From a virus, in IMG/VR virus record IMGVR_UViG_3300047494_000263, positions 1 to 64,000 of that record: a DNA stretch of 64,000 nucleotides; one strand, 5' to 3'. Made by a program: the position numbers and the translations under genes. This document shows positions 54,032 to 63,181 of this stretch, piece after piece. Numbering within the stretch: the stretch's first letter is position 1; the number at the start of each line of letters is the position of its first letter. Under the pieces are notes generated by a model. The model searched no databases. It was not told the DNA's origin and saw nothing but the letters and a program-made list of their open reading frames with translations.

Positions 54032-54056
54032 ATAAGATATCTTATGACCGTTGACA
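54032..54056 (+). promoter_or_regulatory. 14-bp perfect palindrome next to a TTGACA -35
   Basis: ATAAGATATCTTAT (54032-54045); TTGACA (54051-54056). Confidence 0.5.
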
Positions 54057-54103
54057 TACTTTAGCATTTTCACGAACAACAATAGTGCGCCACTGAGATC
54101 CAT

Positions 54104-54838
54104 ATGCCCGAGAACCTCCTCAATTTGATCGACGGTACGCGTCTGGTGGACACCGCGACCTATTTGTCAAAAGCGTCCCGAAACGGACTCGATCCATTGG
54201 TGGTCGAGCAGTTGCTGCGTCGTTTTGCGACGATTTCTGGAAACTTCGCCTACTTGGCTAGCTGCTTGGCAGCGACCGCTGAGCGGTTTGACCGAAAAAG
54301 CCATAGTTCCATCTCACGCAAGCAACTTGCGGTCGAGACGTGTACGTTGGCCGCAAGCTTGCTTGATGGCGTCTACAGTATCAGCGCCGCTCGAAACCCT
54401 GTCGTTGTTTTGGAATCGTGTCATACGGCCGTAAGCGAGATTCTGGCGGTCAATGGTGCGATGCCGGCCGCGCTAGAGGTTTCTTCGCCGCTCGACTTTG
54501 TTATGAGTTCGTGGACGCGTGGGCAGAGTGAGCTTTTGCAAGAACTGTCCATCGTTCAGCAGGGATTAGTGTACGTCGCTGACGCTCATGTTCGTGTGGG
54601 TGCTTACGACCGCACGGCGAGGGCCAGCCAGACGCAGCGATCGCGACAACTTAGCATTCTGAACAACTCGATCGAAGCTCTGACGCAAACCGGCAAGGTC
54701 TATCGCCGAGCAATGGCGAATGATCGCGCCGCCGCCTCGAAGCGCTGCACCGACGCTGCCCGCCTCATCGAAGGGCTTTTGTCACTTCGGCAGAAAACGC
54801 CGTCGCGTTCGAGCGAGCGTCACGGGGTGCCCGCATGA
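54104..54838 (+). CDS. helical hypothetical protein
   Basis: 244-aa ORF heading a coupled operon. Confidence 0.65.
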   Translation: MPENLLNLIDGTRLVDTATYLSKASRNGLDPLVVEQLLRRFATISGNFAYLASCLAATAERFDRKSHSSISRKQLAVETCTLAASLLDGVYSISAARNPVVVLESCHTAVSEILAVNGAMPAALEVSSPLDFVMSSWTRGQSELLQELSIVQQGLVYVADAHVRVGAYDRTARASQTQRSRQLSILNNSIEALTQTGKVYRRAMANDRAAASKRCTDAARLIEGLLSLRQKTPSRSSERHGVPA

Positions 54839-55308
54839 GCGCACTCCCTAACGCTGCTCTCGCCGAACCGAAGCCGGCCAAAGCCAAGTGGAAATTTCGT
54901 TTCGCCAGTGGTCTTGTATCCGAGGGTAGTGGTGATATCCCAGACCGCATTGCTCGCTTAATCGGGAGCCTGCTGATCTTTGGTGCGGCGTCTGGTGTCG
55001 AAATCCTCGAGACTGATCGCAAGCTCGTCTGCGTGTCGCACCCGGGAGGCGGTCTGTTGTCCGTGGAATGGCAAGACGCGAGTGGTGAGGTCTTGGAGAC
55101 CGTCTGGTCTTGCGATCAGCCGTACATCGATCCGGCCGCAACCACGCCAGGCTTGAGTGACGATGACATGCGGGATTTGTGGCGGCGCGCTGGCGGCGAA
55201 TTTCACGGTCCTCATATCGAAACCGGGACACTCGAGGAGGAAAAGCTTCTGCCTCTGCTCAGGAAAATGCTCCGAGGCGAAGTGGTCGTCGGCGACCCGC
55301 AGGGGTGA
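54835..55308 (+). CDS. hypothetical protein
   Basis: ATGA overlap. Confidence 0.6.
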   Translation: MSALPNAALAEPKPAKAKWKFRFASGLVSEGSGDIPDRIARLIGSLLIFGAASGVEILETDRKLVCVSHPGGGLLSVEWQDASGEVLETVWSCDQPYIDPAATTPGLSDDDMRDLWRRAGGEFHGPHIETGTLEEEKLLPLLRKMLRGEVVVGDPQG

Positions 55309-55355
55309 ATAACTGAACTGAGGTCCGAGTGAGGGACTCTCGATGGAGAACTTGA

Positions 55356-55658
55356 ATGCCAGCGGAAAGTAAGAAGTGCGTTGTGAAAGATGGGAAGTTC
55401 GTCGTCCCTTGCGCGTACCTGAAGCGCGCCACGGAGTATGGCAATCCTTCGCCTAAGCGCAAGGGCATCTACGCGGTAAAGCTCAGTATCGAGGGCACCC
55501 CGACGCGCACCTTCTTCGCCGTCAAGAGTGGTGAAAACGTTGCCAAGGGGGCGGTGCTTCATTTTTGCCCTTTCTGCGGTGAGAGGATTGAAGCGCCTGC
55601 CCTACGCGAATCTACGGACCGAATCGCAAGCGCGCCTGCGCCCGTCCTAGCGGCTTGA
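55356..55658 (+). CDS. phage-like protein with FCPFCG zinc ribbon
   Basis: GGAG RBS; HFCPFCGERI. Confidence 0.65.
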   Translation: MPAESKKCVVKDGKFVVPCAYLKRATEYGNPSPKRKGIYAVKLSIEGTPTRTFFAVKSGENVAKGAVLHFCPFCGERIEAPALRESTDRIASAPAPVLAA

Positions 55659-55668
55659 GCGCAGCCAC

Positions 55669-56316
55669 ATGCGTGACATACCCATGATCTTCAGTGGCCC
55701 GATGGTTCGGGCATTGCTGGAAGGGCGGAAGTCGCAGACGCGGCGCCTGGTCAAGCTTCCGAAGCGACTGACGCAGGGAGACCTGAATACCGCGCGACCG
55801 GACAAAATGTGGGGTATCACGCCAGGTCTTCATGTCCCGATGCCATCAGAAGATATCTCGCGCCGCCTCCGCAACCCATACGGCTTTCCTGAGCCCTGCC
55901 GCATCTGGGTCAAGGAGACCACCTTGGATGTCGAGTCGTCAGGCTGGGTCGGCCCAGTCTATGTCGAGTCCCAGCAGGGTGCGGCAGCTGTTCAATGGGG
56001 TTATGGCGAGAGCGATGATCCCGATTTCATCGAGCCGTTTCGGCTAAAGAAGCGTTCGTCCATGTTCATGCCTCGCAAGTACGCCAGGCTTACTTTGAAC
56101 GTGGTCAATGTCTCGGCTGAGCGCTTGCAGTCGATTTCGCCGGCCGACGTGAGAGCGGAGGGACTCGTGGTCGATGGCGACTTGGCCAACACACAGTTGG
56201 TCGACGAATACGCGAGGGTATGGGAAGGTCTGCACGGTGCGGGATCCTGGGCTGCTAATCCCTTTGTCTGGCGAATCGAATTCTCAGTACATGCCCTGAC
56301 GGGTGACCTGCAATGA
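55669..56316 (+). CDS. phage ASCH/PUA-like protein (paralog 1)
   Basis: PMIFSGPMVRALLEGRKSQTRR, IWVKE, MPRKYARLTL, ERLQSIS..D..AEG, SWAANPFVWRIEF. Confidence 0.85.
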   Translation: MRDIPMIFSGPMVRALLEGRKSQTRRLVKLPKRLTQGDLNTARPDKMWGITPGLHVPMPSEDISRRLRNPYGFPEPCRIWVKETTLDVESSGWVGPVYVESQQGAAAVQWGYGESDDPDFIEPFRLKKRSSMFMPRKYARLTLNVVNVSAERLQSISPADVRAEGLVVDGDLANTQLVDEYARVWEGLHGAGSWAANPFVWRIEFSVHALTGDLQ

Positions 56317-57002
56317 AGACCAAGCAGAGCACCAGCAGCCCGATCTGCCTCTCACCCGGGGAGATTCGTCAGATCCTCAATGGTCTAAAGACTCAAATCA
56401 GGTTGCCCCTTGATCCGCAGCCAGTCACCTTTGACCAGGGTGGTCATGAGTATTGCAGCGTTGCCATTCATGGCGCGACCCATTCAGGTTCCGCTGGATA
56501 TTTGCTCAATCATGTAAAGTCGAAGTTCGACAATCCATATTTCGCCGAAGAGCGCGACACCGAGCTTTGGATACAGGAGCCGTGGATCGCGCTGCAACGT
56601 CGGACACTTCAGAATCCTTCGGTGGATATCTCGGCCGCAGACGGCGCGGTGGCGAATGACGTCCTGCTTGGATACGAGGCGACATCGATGGTCAATGCCC
56701 CTACCTTGATGGATGGTACATATTGGGACGGCGAGTGGAATCGGCCTTCGTCGATGCCTCGCTGGGCGAGCCGCCTCACGCTGTTCATGACCGACGCACG
56801 CATCGAGCGCCTGCAAAACATCCAGGATGACGAAGCCATCCGCGAGGGTGCGCCATACTTCGGTCAGGGTGGAATTGCCGCTCGAGCCAGCTTTGCGTTG
56901 CGTTGGAATGAGTCTTGTGCCAGCGCGGTGCAATGGTCGGCCAATCCATTTGTTTGGGTTTTGTCCTTTGTGCCACTGTTGAGGGGGCGTCCAATTGGCT
57001 AA
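56313..57002 (+). CDS. phage ASCH/PUA-like protein (paralog 2)
   Basis: ILNGLKTQIR, LWIQE, MPRWASRLTL, ERLQNI..DEAIREG, WSANPFVWVLSF. Confidence 0.85.
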   Translation: MKTKQSTSSPICLSPGEIRQILNGLKTQIRLPLDPQPVTFDQGGHEYCSVAIHGATHSGSAGYLLNHVKSKFDNPYFAEERDTELWIQEPWIALQRRTLQNPSVDISAADGAVANDVLLGYEATSMVNAPTLMDGTYWDGEWNRPSSMPRWASRLTLFMTDARIERLQNIQDDEAIREGAPYFGQGGIAARASFALRWNESCASAVQWSANPFVWVLSFVPLLRGRPIG

Positions 57003-57177
57003 TACGGATCACGGCAACGCTGCTGTGTGCCCCGCTTGTGGCTACAAGAACAACGACTCCTGGGAGATCGGCGGCGGCGAGGAGGGCTCTCACGAACATG
57101 ATTGCCACTCGTGTGGCGAAACGTTCCTGGTCTACCGGCACGTGAGCATCTCATACAGCTCGCGGCCGCTGAAGTAG
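56995..57177 (+). CDS. small zinc-ribbon protein
   Basis: VCPACG...DSWE...DCHSCGETF. Confidence 0.65.
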   Translation: MANTDHGNAAVCPACGYKNNDSWEIGGGEEGSHEHDCHSCGETFLVYRHVSISYSSRPLK

Positions 57178-57186
57178 TTCGGCGCA

Positions 57187-57765
57187 ATGCAGGTTAATCC
57201 CCAGTCCGGACTATTCGGAGAAGCGGATATGGGCGCGCGCTTTTCCGAGTGCCGCAAGTACCGCTATCAACTGTGGCGCATTTGGGAGCCGTCACTCCCC
57301 CTCGCTGTGTTCGTAATGATGAACCCATCGACTGCAGACGAGATTACCAACGATCCAACGATCACGCGTCAGGTACGTCGAGTCACAAAATGGAAGTCGA
57401 TTTCCGGTGGCGTACTGGTCGACGGAGAGGATATCTCGCAGCGGTTGGGTGGCGTTATGATCGTGAACGTCTTTGCTTGGCGCGAGACGGACTCGAAGCT
57501 ATTGAAGGGGTTGGTGGCAAAGGGTGTGGATATCGTCGGGCCGGAGAACGATCAAGCCATTCTTGAAGCTGTGTCAAAAGCGGCGATCGTCGTTTGTGGC
57601 TGGGGGATCCCTGGTGGCTTGGGCGATCGAGGAAACCGCGTTCTCAAATTGATCGCAAAAGCAGGCGTTCGACCGCATGCACTAAAATTTAATGATGACG
57701 GATCACCGGGCCACCCGCTCTATCTCGGGTATGACGTCATGCCAGTGCCGATTGTCTTGACGTAG
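57187..57765 (+). CDS. DUF1643 family protein
   Basis: FSECRKYRYQLWRIW, MMNPSTADE..NDPT, VNVFA.R.TD, VGPEND, GHPLY. Confidence 0.9.
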   Translation: MQVNPQSGLFGEADMGARFSECRKYRYQLWRIWEPSLPLAVFVMMNPSTADEITNDPTITRQVRRVTKWKSISGGVLVDGEDISQRLGGVMIVNVFAWRETDSKLLKGLVAKGVDIVGPENDQAILEAVSKAAIVVCGWGIPGGLGDRGNRVLKLIAKAGVRPHALKFNDDGSPGHPLYLGYDVMPVPIVLT

Positions 57766-57795
57766 ACAATCGCAAGGTCTTGAGCCTCCCTACCG

Positions 57796-58017
57796 CTAGT
57801 TTTGGTGTGTGCTTGGCGCCGTAGCCCCAGGCTTCGTGACGACCTCTGGCTTGCAGCGACCGACGAGCGGGTACCAGTGATAACCAGTCACTCGCATCCA
57901 CGACGTCTGCCGCTCTCGAGTCTGAATCGCTCCGCAGGTCTGGCATTGGCGCTTCGGCCCGCCACGCATGAAGCGCTCGGGCGTGTTCTCATCTATGATT
58001 TTCCAGTCATGTTTCAC
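57796..58017 (-). CDS. small hypothetical protein (CxxC)
   Basis: GAGGA RBS before GTG (KHDWKII...CQTCGA). Confidence 0.45.
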   Translation of the reverse strand: MKHDWKIIDENTPERFMRGGPKRQCQTCGAIQTRERQTSWMRVTGYHWYPLVGRCKPEVVTKPGATAPSTHQN

Positions 58018-58204
58018 AAGATCCTCGGCGGTGCTTGAGCCAAAAAAAGCATAGGCGCTCTCGCGCACTTCGTCACCCTCACTGGCCCGGCGAGAGATTT
58101 TGCCCTACAACCGTGGTAATCCTTTGCAGAAATCCCAACAAAGTGAGAAAGTATCGAAATGCTTAGAAGATATTCTATAAACGTCCGCAGTTAGAGGCTC
58201 GAGA

Positions 58205-58471
58205 ATGGCAATTGCGCAAAACCACGCCGTCAGCGGCGAAACCGAATGTGACGGCAACATGTTCGAAGAAGTCACCCCATTCGACCCAAGTCCGCTCATG
58301 ATTCGCGCTGGTGCCATCTCCTTGGCCGTCAGTAAGGATGGATACCTTCGTCTGTCCGAATTCGGACGAAATGCGTTCGACGAGAAGGCCCGTAAGGTTT
58401 TCCTTGCCATGATGAAGGCCGATCCAGGTTTCGTTGAGCGACTCGCCCAGTCCGTAGCCTCGGCCGGGTGA
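58205..58471 (+). CDS. small hypothetical protein
   Basis: GTGA overlap with next gene. Confidence 0.55.
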   Translation: MAIAQNHAVSGETECDGNMFEEVTPFDPSPLMIRAGAISLAVSKDGYLRLSEFGRNAFDEKARKVFLAMMKADPGFVERLAQSVASAG

Positions 58472-59202
58472 GTAAATCCCTTCCGGTCGCCGATGTTGTA
58501 GTCCGCGAGCGGCCGCTGATCCTGAGTGCTGAGATGGTCCGTGGCGTCATCGCCGGCCGTAAATCGCAGCTGCGACGGCTCGTCGGGCCTGAGACGCCAT
58601 TTCGCGTCGAGACTGGTGCGAATGCAAAGTGGCATTGGACCTCCCCGTCACTCCCGAACGGCGCATGCCGCGTGGGATGGGGGGAACTCGTAGAGTTGAT
58701 GAAGACCCGCTGCCCGCTTGGCGCCGTTGGCGACCATCTATGGATCCAGGAGCAGTTCGCAGAGGTGGGCAATGGCGCCAAGCGCCAGACGCTCTACCGG
58801 GCAACCCATGTCAAGAGTCATGTCGCAGGTCGTGGTGCGCGAGACTCCAGCCCCATCAAATGGTCGCTCGCCCGTCAAATGCTCAAGCCGATGAGTCGTC
58901 TCTCGCTCGAGATTCGAGGCGTATGCGCCACTCGACTACATGGGATATCTGAGGGCGATGCGATCGCCGAAGGCATTTTCAAATCCAAGGACGGCTGGGT
59001 TTGGGATGCACAGAATCCGGAGTCACAGGGCTCGGCAACTCTAATCGAGACATTTAAAACCTCCCAAGAGGCATTCGAAGCAATGTGGCGCCGCTTTTAC
59101 GGTCAGGCGGCCTGGGATACGAACCCTATCGTATGGAAGATAGATTTTGCGCCAATCGTCCGATCGGTCGGAGCGCTGTGCTCAACTGTGATCACTTCGT
59201 GA
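58468..59202 (+). CDS. phage ASCH/PUA-like protein (paralog 3)
   Basis: ERPLILSAEMVRGVIAGRKSQLRR, CPLG.VGDHLWIQE, RLHGISEGDAIAEG, WDTNPIVWKIDF. Confidence 0.85.
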   Translation: MSKSLPVADVVVRERPLILSAEMVRGVIAGRKSQLRRLVGPETPFRVETGANAKWHWTSPSLPNGACRVGWGELVELMKTRCPLGAVGDHLWIQEQFAEVGNGAKRQTLYRATHVKSHVAGRGARDSSPIKWSLARQMLKPMSRLSLEIRGVCATRLHGISEGDAIAEGIFKSKDGWVWDAQNPESQGSATLIETFKTSQEAFEAMWRRFYGQAAWDTNPIVWKIDFAPIVRSVGALCSTVITS

Positions 59203-59420
59203 ACGGCAATCTCGGCACTTTACCCGCAGTAAACCGACGTCGCCTCGGGCAGATCCTTTTTGAAGTCGCTAGCGGCTCATCCGTGCCGATGACCGCCGAA
59301 GAGAATGCCCAGATCAATAGAGAGTTTTCCGAAAGCATCGGATCGGCGGTGGACAAGGTACGCGCTCGGCAACGGCGCGACTACGCCGAAATCATGCGCG
59401 CCAACATCGTGTTCGACTAA
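59199..59420 (+). CDS. small hypothetical protein
   Basis: GTGA overlap with upstream gene. Confidence 0.45.
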   Translation: MNGNLGTLPAVNRRRLGQILFEVASGSSVPMTAEENAQINREFSESIGSAVDKVRARQRRDYAEIMRANIVFD

Positions 59421-59447
59421 ATAGTCTCAACCACACAAGGACGCCGA

Positions 59448-59636
59448 ATGCCCCGTTCAAACAAGGCCCAGGACGACAACCCTGCATCACTTCAGGACAT
59501 CATGACTGCGCCGATTACCACACCCCAGCAGCACGCGGCTGCTCAGGCGCGACGCCGCCATGTACGGCAGTCAATCGATGAGATGCGCATCATGAAAGAC
59601 CTGGGGCTAACAGGCGTCGACCTGGTCCCAAGCTGA
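59448..59636 (+). CDS. small hypothetical protein
   Basis: AAGGA RBS. Confidence 0.5.
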   Translation: MPRSNKAQDDNPASLQDIMTAPITTPQQHAAAQARRRHVRQSIDEMRIMKDLGLTGVDLVPS

Positions 59637-59782
59637 CTGGGGCGCGGCGCTCTCACCAGAAGTCAGCTCACAGCTACATTGCTGCGATCAGGATGCCACC
59701 GCTGCACGAGCGCAAATGGCATGCCTCGGGTTCAACTGGAAACGCGGTCGGCAGTGAATATACTTTTGGGACGAAACCGAGG

Positions 59783-60100
59783 ATGAGCGACATGGACGCA
59801 ATTAAGACGATACCTGACAACCTGAGCCTCATTGCCCGAGCGGTCGAGATCGCTGACGATGACATGAGGATCCTGATTGAGTGCGAATGCAGGCTCGTGA
59901 AGCGTGCGGGTCAACGGTTCTACGGAATACTCGACGACAACGATCAAGAGGTCGCCACGATCGCTGAAGCTAGCCAATCCATTCGCAGGGCGTTCGAGTA
60001 TCTCAATGAGCGCGGCTTGGCAGAGCTTGTGGAAGGTGGCGAAGGCATGATTCGCTTCCTTGGACAGGCGGCTCAAGCGGAGGCGGGCTCGTTTCGGTAG
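59783..60100 (+). CDS. hypothetical protein (possible winged helix)
   Basis: AFEYLNERGLAEL; start uncertain. Confidence 0.5.
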   Translation: MSDMDAIKTIPDNLSLIARAVEIADDDMRILIECECRLVKRAGQRFYGILDDNDQEVATIAEASQSIRRAFEYLNERGLAELVEGGEGMIRFLGQAAQAEAGSFR

Positions 60101-60167
60101 GTGGCGTCGGCGATCGCGGCTACGACTTGCCGTCGACCATCCGCCACGGCGGCCACCAAGTTTCTTA

Positions 60168-60950
60168 TCACGCCGCCGGCGAGACGGGTACCGCGTCGTG
60201 TTCCAACCCATCCAGGAGCCGCCCTGCGGCCTTGCGGCCAACGCGCTTGCCGTCGAGATGCTCGCCGTGCTGTTTAAAGTGGAATGCTACGCTGGCTTGA
60301 GCACACTCGTCCCGTAAAGACCTCGCCCAGTCGGTGTTCATTGGCCTTGCGCCAGGTCCGGACTCGCCACCGACAATGACCCAAGAAATCCCCGTTGACC
60401 AGTCAGGCAGGGCCCCTAGCGTCACGCTGCTGAGCAGAGGCTCCATTGAGAGGAAACGCAGTACTGCGGGTAACGCCATGAGCTTCGGGCCGTCGCGCAG
60501 CCACTCCTCGGGGGTGACGACACTGATGCCAATCCAAGCATTTAGGTAGCCCGTACCCCAATCAGGCGGTAGCATCGACTTGGCATTGCCAATGCGTTTG
60601 GTGAGGAGCAGCCAATCGAGGTGAGGCGTCGCCTTGATGAGTTTCCATAGGCGCTCTCTCGCCCCTTCAGGGGCCTTGTTATCGAAGACGTCGCCCATGC
60701 TGAGGCAGAAGACGCGCTCGCGAATGCCGGTCGCAGCAGCGCGGCGCTCCCACTTCAAAGGCTCGTCCCAGTGCTTGTCGCCGAACTCTCGGCGCTCAGA
60801 ACCAACACCCCAGAGAACCTTGCCAGCGGCGAAGCGTTTCGCGTCGCGCTCGGCGTAACAATTTTCACACGCCAAACTTCCCGTTGATACACAGCCCCAC
60901 CAGCTGTTAAATGTGTGCGAACTCCACGAGATGAGAGTGCCTTCGCTCAC
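60168..60950 (-). CDS. DUF5131 / phage Gp37-Gp68 family (three-Cys, radical-SAM-like)
   Basis: ISW..HTFN.WWGC...ACENCYAE, VFCLSMGDVF, LLTKR, FLSMEPLL, WVIVGGESGPGARPM, FKQ. Confidence 0.92.
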   Translation of the reverse strand: MSEGTLISWSSHTFNSWWGCVSTGSLACENCYAERDAKRFAAGKVLWGVGSERREFGDKHWDEPLKWERRAAATGIRERVFCLSMGDVFDNKAPEGARERLWKLIKATPHLDWLLLTKRIGNAKSMLPPDWGTGYLNAWIGISVVTPEEWLRDGPKLMALPAVLRFLSMEPLLSSVTLGALPDWSTGISWVIVGGESGPGARPMNTDWARSLRDECAQASVAFHFKQHGEHLDGKRVGRKAAGRLLDGLEHDAVPVSPAA

Positions 60951-61280
60951 TTTGGACTCCTTTGATTCATAGGAATTCCACAGCTGAAATTAAACCGCGC
61001 CCAGTCGCTCATGCGAGACCTGGAGTGTGAAGAGCGCGCCCTCTTTAAGCATCGGCGGCCAGCGGAATATGTCACAGCGGCCATGGTCACCGCAATCGTT
61101 GAGTTAAACATTGGGCTGATCTAAAAACATCGTGGCGCCTCGTTGCGGTGATGTGATTCAATGAAAACAAGATAGGAGGGTGCGCACAAGTCGTCCACCC
61201 GAGTCCTGCGTTTTCTTACCCTGGAAGGCGGGCGAGTCTCGGGCTATCTTGCTCCCTATATCTACGCTGCACTGGCTCCG

Positions 61281-61788
61281 CATGAAACTCTGGTTCACAC
61301 GTCCAAGCTTCTTCTCCTTGACCTGCGGCGGTATGACCAGGATGCATGTATGGCTTTGCAAACCGTACTTCGATCCGGCTCCACGCGGCGCTCAGGACTC
61401 TCCGATGTTCGCCGACTTGGCCTTCGGTTGGCGCTGCCCTGAGGATGAGAGCGGGGATCCGGAATCAATCGAGTATTGTTGTCACGTGCCAGACGCGTTG
61501 CTCGACAATGAGCCGCTGATGAGAATTCTCTGGGGGCACGTCTGCCAATCCGTTCATCCCGACACACCGAAAGATCGGACCTGGGACGACTTCTGGGCGA
61601 AGAATTGCACCTTTAAAGCGGACAGGCTGGTGTCGGATAGCTGGTGCCTGGAACTAGATGTGAGCCCGGCAGTATGGTGGAGCGTTGCGACTGCCATATC
61701 TGACCGCGAGGTATCGAGCGCCGCCGACCAGCAATGGCGCCGCCGGCGGTGGGGGCCGGACTTTAACGCATCGCCAGACGACTTTTAG
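61281..61788 (+). CDS. Trp-rich hypothetical protein
   Basis: MKLWFTRP...VWLCKP; start uncertain. Confidence 0.5.
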
Positions 61789-62203
61789 GCTGGGGCGCCG
61801 GCTTAGGCTCTTCTGGCGTAAGTTCGACCCAGTACACCGAATCCGGATCGCCGAAGATGGCTGCGGCAACAATACTCACTGATCCACCGATCAGGATTGC
61901 GCCTTCATTCCCAGCGGCGGTTGTGAACACCCGCACGCGATTGGTATCGATATTTCCCGGAACTTCGAAGTTCTCTCGATCTTCCTTGTCGAGCACGTGC
62001 CAGATGCTTTGCAGGTCCTCGAAGGTCGGGGCTCTGGATTCGACGATGGTCAGCGGATAGGGAAGGGTGCCGACGTTCGGCGGGGACGGCTCCTTGGTGT
62101 CAAGCGTCTGGCGGACCGAGTTACCATCAATTTGAATCTCGAAGGATCCGTGGAATCCGGGACCATCTGACATGTATTTCTGGAAGCGCATCGCAGTCGT
62201 CAT
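61763..62203 (-). CDS. hypothetical protein
   Basis: AGGAG RBS before ATG 62203. Confidence 0.65.
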   Translation of the reverse strand: MTTAMRFQKYMSDGPGFHGSFEIQIDGNSVRQTLDTKEPSPPNVGTLPYPLTIVESRAPTFEDLQSIWHVLDKEDRENFEVPGNIDTNRVRVFTTAAGNEGAILIGGSVSIVAAAIFGDPDSVYWVELTPEEPKPAPQPKSRLAMR

Positions 62204-62323
62204 GTTAGGTTCTCCTAGGATTTGGTGCAGCGTAGCACGAGACCATTGAAATCTGCCAGTCCTTGAATACTTGGTGCTAGAGTATCTGGTAGTTGAAACA
62301 CCATTTCAATTAGTGAGCCAAAA

Positions 62324-63022
62324 TTGAAGAATCTAGGCGACTATCGCCCCGAAAAACTGTCTCGTTCAGCCTACTGGGCCGGTGTCGTCCTGATCTGGAC
62401 ATCTCTCATTGCGTTCTTGCTACTTGTGCCGAGACAAAGCCACGCTGCGTATGCAGATATCCAGCTGCAGGGTACGGTGCCTGCGGTGCAAAAATACCCC
62501 TTCCGATCTTCGATTCGAATCGAGGTGTCTGGGCGGCTCGGGATCGACCCCACGCTGAACAATGCGCTCGTGTTAACCGGTCTCGATGGCAATGGGATTT
62601 CGCTTGGTCAGTATTCCAGCGTCGACCCAGGCGCTCGTGCACAGATCGATAGCATCATCAAAAGTCAGGAAGTGGTGAATGTGAGTGGGTTGGTGCATGT
62701 GTATTGCACGCTCTATGAAATGGCCCACGATCAACACGGTTGCCGCGAGTTCGACACCAGCAGATCGATCGACATTCATTACTTCGCCATGCCACCCGTG
62801 GCTGCGGCAGTTGCTCCAGTTGCTGCAGGAATGCCCGAGACCACTGTCAAGGACGGTTCAGCGACCATCTCCCAGCCTGCCGCGTATACCCCTGCGATGC
62901 CGGTTTTCGCCCCGACCGATAGCGTTCAGGTAAGAGTGGATGCTTGCAATCAAGCCTCGTTTGGGATGACATTCGATCGACACCGGCAGGACTTCATCGC
63001 GCAGTGCGTATTCGGGCATTGA
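62324..63022 (+). CDS. membrane-anchored/secreted hypothetical protein
   Basis: N-terminal TM/signal; Pro-Ala linker; Cys pairs. Confidence 0.65.
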   Translation: MKNLGDYRPEKLSRSAYWAGVVLIWTSLIAFLLLVPRQSHAAYADIQLQGTVPAVQKYPFRSSIRIEVSGRLGIDPTLNNALVLTGLDGNGISLGQYSSVDPGARAQIDSIIKSQEVVNVSGLVHVYCTLYEMAHDQHGCREFDTSRSIDIHYFAMPPVAAAVAPVAAGMPETTVKDGSATISQPAAYTPAMPVFAPTDSVQVRVDACNQASFGMTFDRHRQDFIAQCVFGH

Positions 63023-63181
63023 GGGCGATAGTATTTTTTCAATAGCGTCAGACGGCGCCGATCCCTCTTTGTCCGTCACAAACCCAGTAGACAGGGTCAG
63101 AACAGGCTTTTCCCAAGAGGCTTTCTGGAGGTGACTTAGCCAGTTTCATTTTGGTGAGCTAAACGTCAACAAGGTGAAGCC

